NCBI GenBank assembly: GCA_051745145.1
Contig: JBNJDT010000017.1
Location: 1-28,564 of the forward strand
DNA: 28,564 nt
From: Elusimicrobiota bacterium
Lineage (GTDB): Bacteria; CG03; SLGR01; JAGXOG01
Direction of reading: 5' to 3'
The notes below the pieces were generated by a model that made no database searches, had not been told where the DNA came from, and was given only the letters and a program-made list of their open reading frames with translations. Position 1 is the first letter of the stretch, and each line of letters starts with the position of its first letter. Positions 27,364 to 28,564 of the stretch are shown here, piece after piece. Position numbers and translations under genes: made by a program.

Positions 27364-27644
27364 ATAGGTTTTACGGTAATTTTAGAGCCTTCACTTAGTT
27401 TTTCGGGTTTATCAACAGAGGATTTTAATTTCCCGTCGGCCAGTAAGTTACGTCTCCGGTTTGTACGTCAGTTGTCGCTTTCTCCGGGGGGAGGTTATGA
27501 GGGGTATCGATAATGATTTCTTTCCCCAATTTTTTGACCGTATTTTCAAAAGGTAAAGCTTTTAATATTTTTTTGGCCGTAACGGTATTATTGAGTTCTG
27601 CTACTAACTGTATTTTTTTTAGAAATTATTTTTATGGCAGTCAT
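27360..27644 (-). pseudogene. Disrupted cyclophilin-like fold (DUF369/TM1367-type) gene
   Basis: AAGGAG SD and ATG 27644 give MTAIKIISKK. Removing one A from the A8 run gives IQLVAELNNTVTAKKILKALPFENTVKKLGKEII...GDVTYWPTGN*. A third frame gives GKLKSSVDKPEKLSEGSKITVKPI*, ending at 27360. Confidence 0.75.
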
Positions 27645-27795
27645 ATAAGCTCCTTTGATTATATATGGTCAATACAACAAATTTATTATTATCTGACAAA
27701 AATAAAAAAATTTGGTATATAAATTTTTACAGAATACATATAGATAAGTTTCAAGAATCTTTGTCCGCAATGCGGGAATTTTAAAGGCATATAAA

Positions 27796-27826
27796 TTGAC
27801 AAAAAAATACATTTTTGATATATAAT
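27796..27826 (+). promoter_or_regulatory. Sigma70-type promoter for secG-tRNA (probable leaderless transcript)
   Basis: TTGACA 27796-27801; TGaTATATAAT with TATAAT at 27821-27826. ATG follows 7 nt later (27834) with no SD. Confidence 0.7.
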
Positions 27827-27833
27827 TGAAGCT

Positions 27834-28193
27834 ATGGAAACTTTTATAATGATAATTCATGTAGTAGCGGCAATAATGCTGATACTCATAATATTGATGC
27901 AGCAGGGCAAGGGTGGAGGATTGACTTCTTTATTTGGAGGGGGAAGTGGTATGGATGAGATGATGTCAGCCCCCGGCAGTAATGAGTTTTTGAAAAAAGC
28001 TACAGTAACTCTGGCAGTTATATTTTTCTTAACTTCGTTAATACTGGCTGTTAAAACTTCGCATACTTCTTCAGAAAGTTTGCTCGAAGACGAGGTTCCG
28101 CCGGCTGAAGAACAGTCTGGCCAGCAGAACGATCCGTTGCAGTCTGACTCCCCCATCTCTTTACCTGACCCTGAAGTACCTGAAACTGAATAA
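27834..28193 (+). CDS. secG: Preprotein translocase subunit SecG
   Basis: Two TM helices, ILMQQGKGGGL...FGGG, FLKKAT..LA.IF..TSL.LA; followed by tRNA-Leu(GAG) as in the secG-leuU arrangement. Confidence 0.95.
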   Translation: METFIMIIHVVAAIMLILIILMQQGKGGGLTSLFGGGSGMDEMMSAPGSNEFLKKATVTLAVIFFLTSLILAVKTSHTSSESLLEDEVPPAEEQSGQQNDPLQSDSPISLPDPEVPETE

Positions 28194-28215
28194 GTTCTTT
28201 TACTGTGAGTAAATA

Positions 28216-28300
28216 GCCGAGGTGGTGGAACTGGCAGACACGTACGGTTGAGGGCCGTATGGGATTACCCGTGCGGGTTCAAATCCCGCCCTCGGCACCA
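28216..28300 (+). tRNA. tRNA-Leu (anticodon GAG)
   Basis: GCCGAGG/CCTCGGC acceptor stem, D-loop GGAACTGGCAGAC, anticodon arm TACGG-TTGAGGG-CCGTA, long variable arm, GCGGGTTCAAATCCCGC T-arm, encoded CCA. Confidence 0.97.
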
Positions 28301-28491
28301 GGTTTAATATTTAATAAGAAGAGATTTGAACTGTATCGGTACGGTGTAAAAATCTTCACTTTAAATAATATAAGAAGGGATTTGAAAGAATTTCTTCGCT
28401 CCAAAATGGAGAAAAGCCCAAAGGGCGGCAGAAGAAATGACCGGCTTTCACTGGCACAGTGAAAGAAATCCCGCCCTCGGCACCAGGTTTA
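28281..28491 (+). repeat. 26-bp direct repeat of the tRNA-Leu 3' end (28281-28306 and 28466-28491)
   Basis: AAATCCCGCCCTCGGCACCAGGTTTA occurs exactly twice, separated by 159 bp. Confidence 0.95.
28307..28465. mobile_element. Short non-coding, highly structured tRNA-linked insert (mini-element or island remnant)
   Basis: Bounded by att-like duplication of the tRNA 3' end, has several hairpins, and carries GGGATTTGAA complementary to the tRNA T-arm. No ORF or integrase. Confidence 0.55.
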
Positions 28492-28510
28492 GATTTAAAA
28501 ATATATTTAA

Positions 28511-28564
28511 GGCGCGGTACCCAAGTGGCTTAAGGGGACGGTTTGCAAAACCGCTATCCGTTGG
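28511..28564 (+). tRNA. tRNA-Cys (anticodon GCA), truncated by window end
   Basis: GGCGCGG start, D-arm CCCAAGTGGCTTAAGGG, anticodon arm CGGT-TTGCAAA-ACCG. Confidence 0.9.

Noticed and set aside
27513..27860. Short ORFs 27513-27722 (+) and 27669-27860 (-)
   Set aside because: They are antisense to the pseudogene or span the secG promoter, and are low-complexity AT-rich translations.
28259..28462. 67-aa ORF in the ORF track
   Set aside because: It starts inside tRNA-Leu and runs through the structured insert, with no SD or recognisable protein features.
28281..28491. CRISPR array or intact prophage/genomic island at tRNA-Leu
   Set aside because: There are only two repeat copies, both derived from the tRNA, with no cas or integrase gene, and the insert is just 159 bp.
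1..28564. Taxonomic assignment
   Set aside because: The gene content supports only a low-GC, probably diderm bacterium. A phylum cannot be supported without marker-gene searches.

Overview
AT-rich bacterial chromosomal window from a probable diderm (LptD-like gene present). No integrase, transposase or CRISPR array is visible. Left part, + strand: trpB (5'-truncated), trpA, a degenerate TrpF-like gene, accD, folC, lptD-like, a Crp/Fnr regulator, DUF368, glutaredoxin, TrxB-like, NifU-C, rpsP, khpA, a long hairpin where rimM usually sits, trmD, rplS, yraN, comM, a tRNA-binding OB protein, and a coupled run of GT-C membrane protein, Nudix, thiolase-like and DUF35 genes. Middle, - strand: a six-gene operon DUF2877, FdrA, DUF1116, CodA-like deaminase, cyclase and nucleoside phosphorylase. 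It resembles E. coli yahEFG/J and allFGH but has no carbamate kinase, and it is the best candidate for an undescribed (modified) nucleoside catabolic system. Right part: a membrane hypothetical, an M23 peptidase, an IGHMBP2-like helicase, a cyclophilin-like (DUF369-type) pseudogene missed by the ORF track, secG, tRNA-Leu(GAG), a 159-bp highly structured insert bounded by a 26-bp duplication of the tRNA 3' end, and a truncated tRNA-Cys(GCA). CCGG is strongly over-represented across the window, and several promoters imply leaderless mRNAs. All family assignments come from motif recognition by eye; no searches were run.
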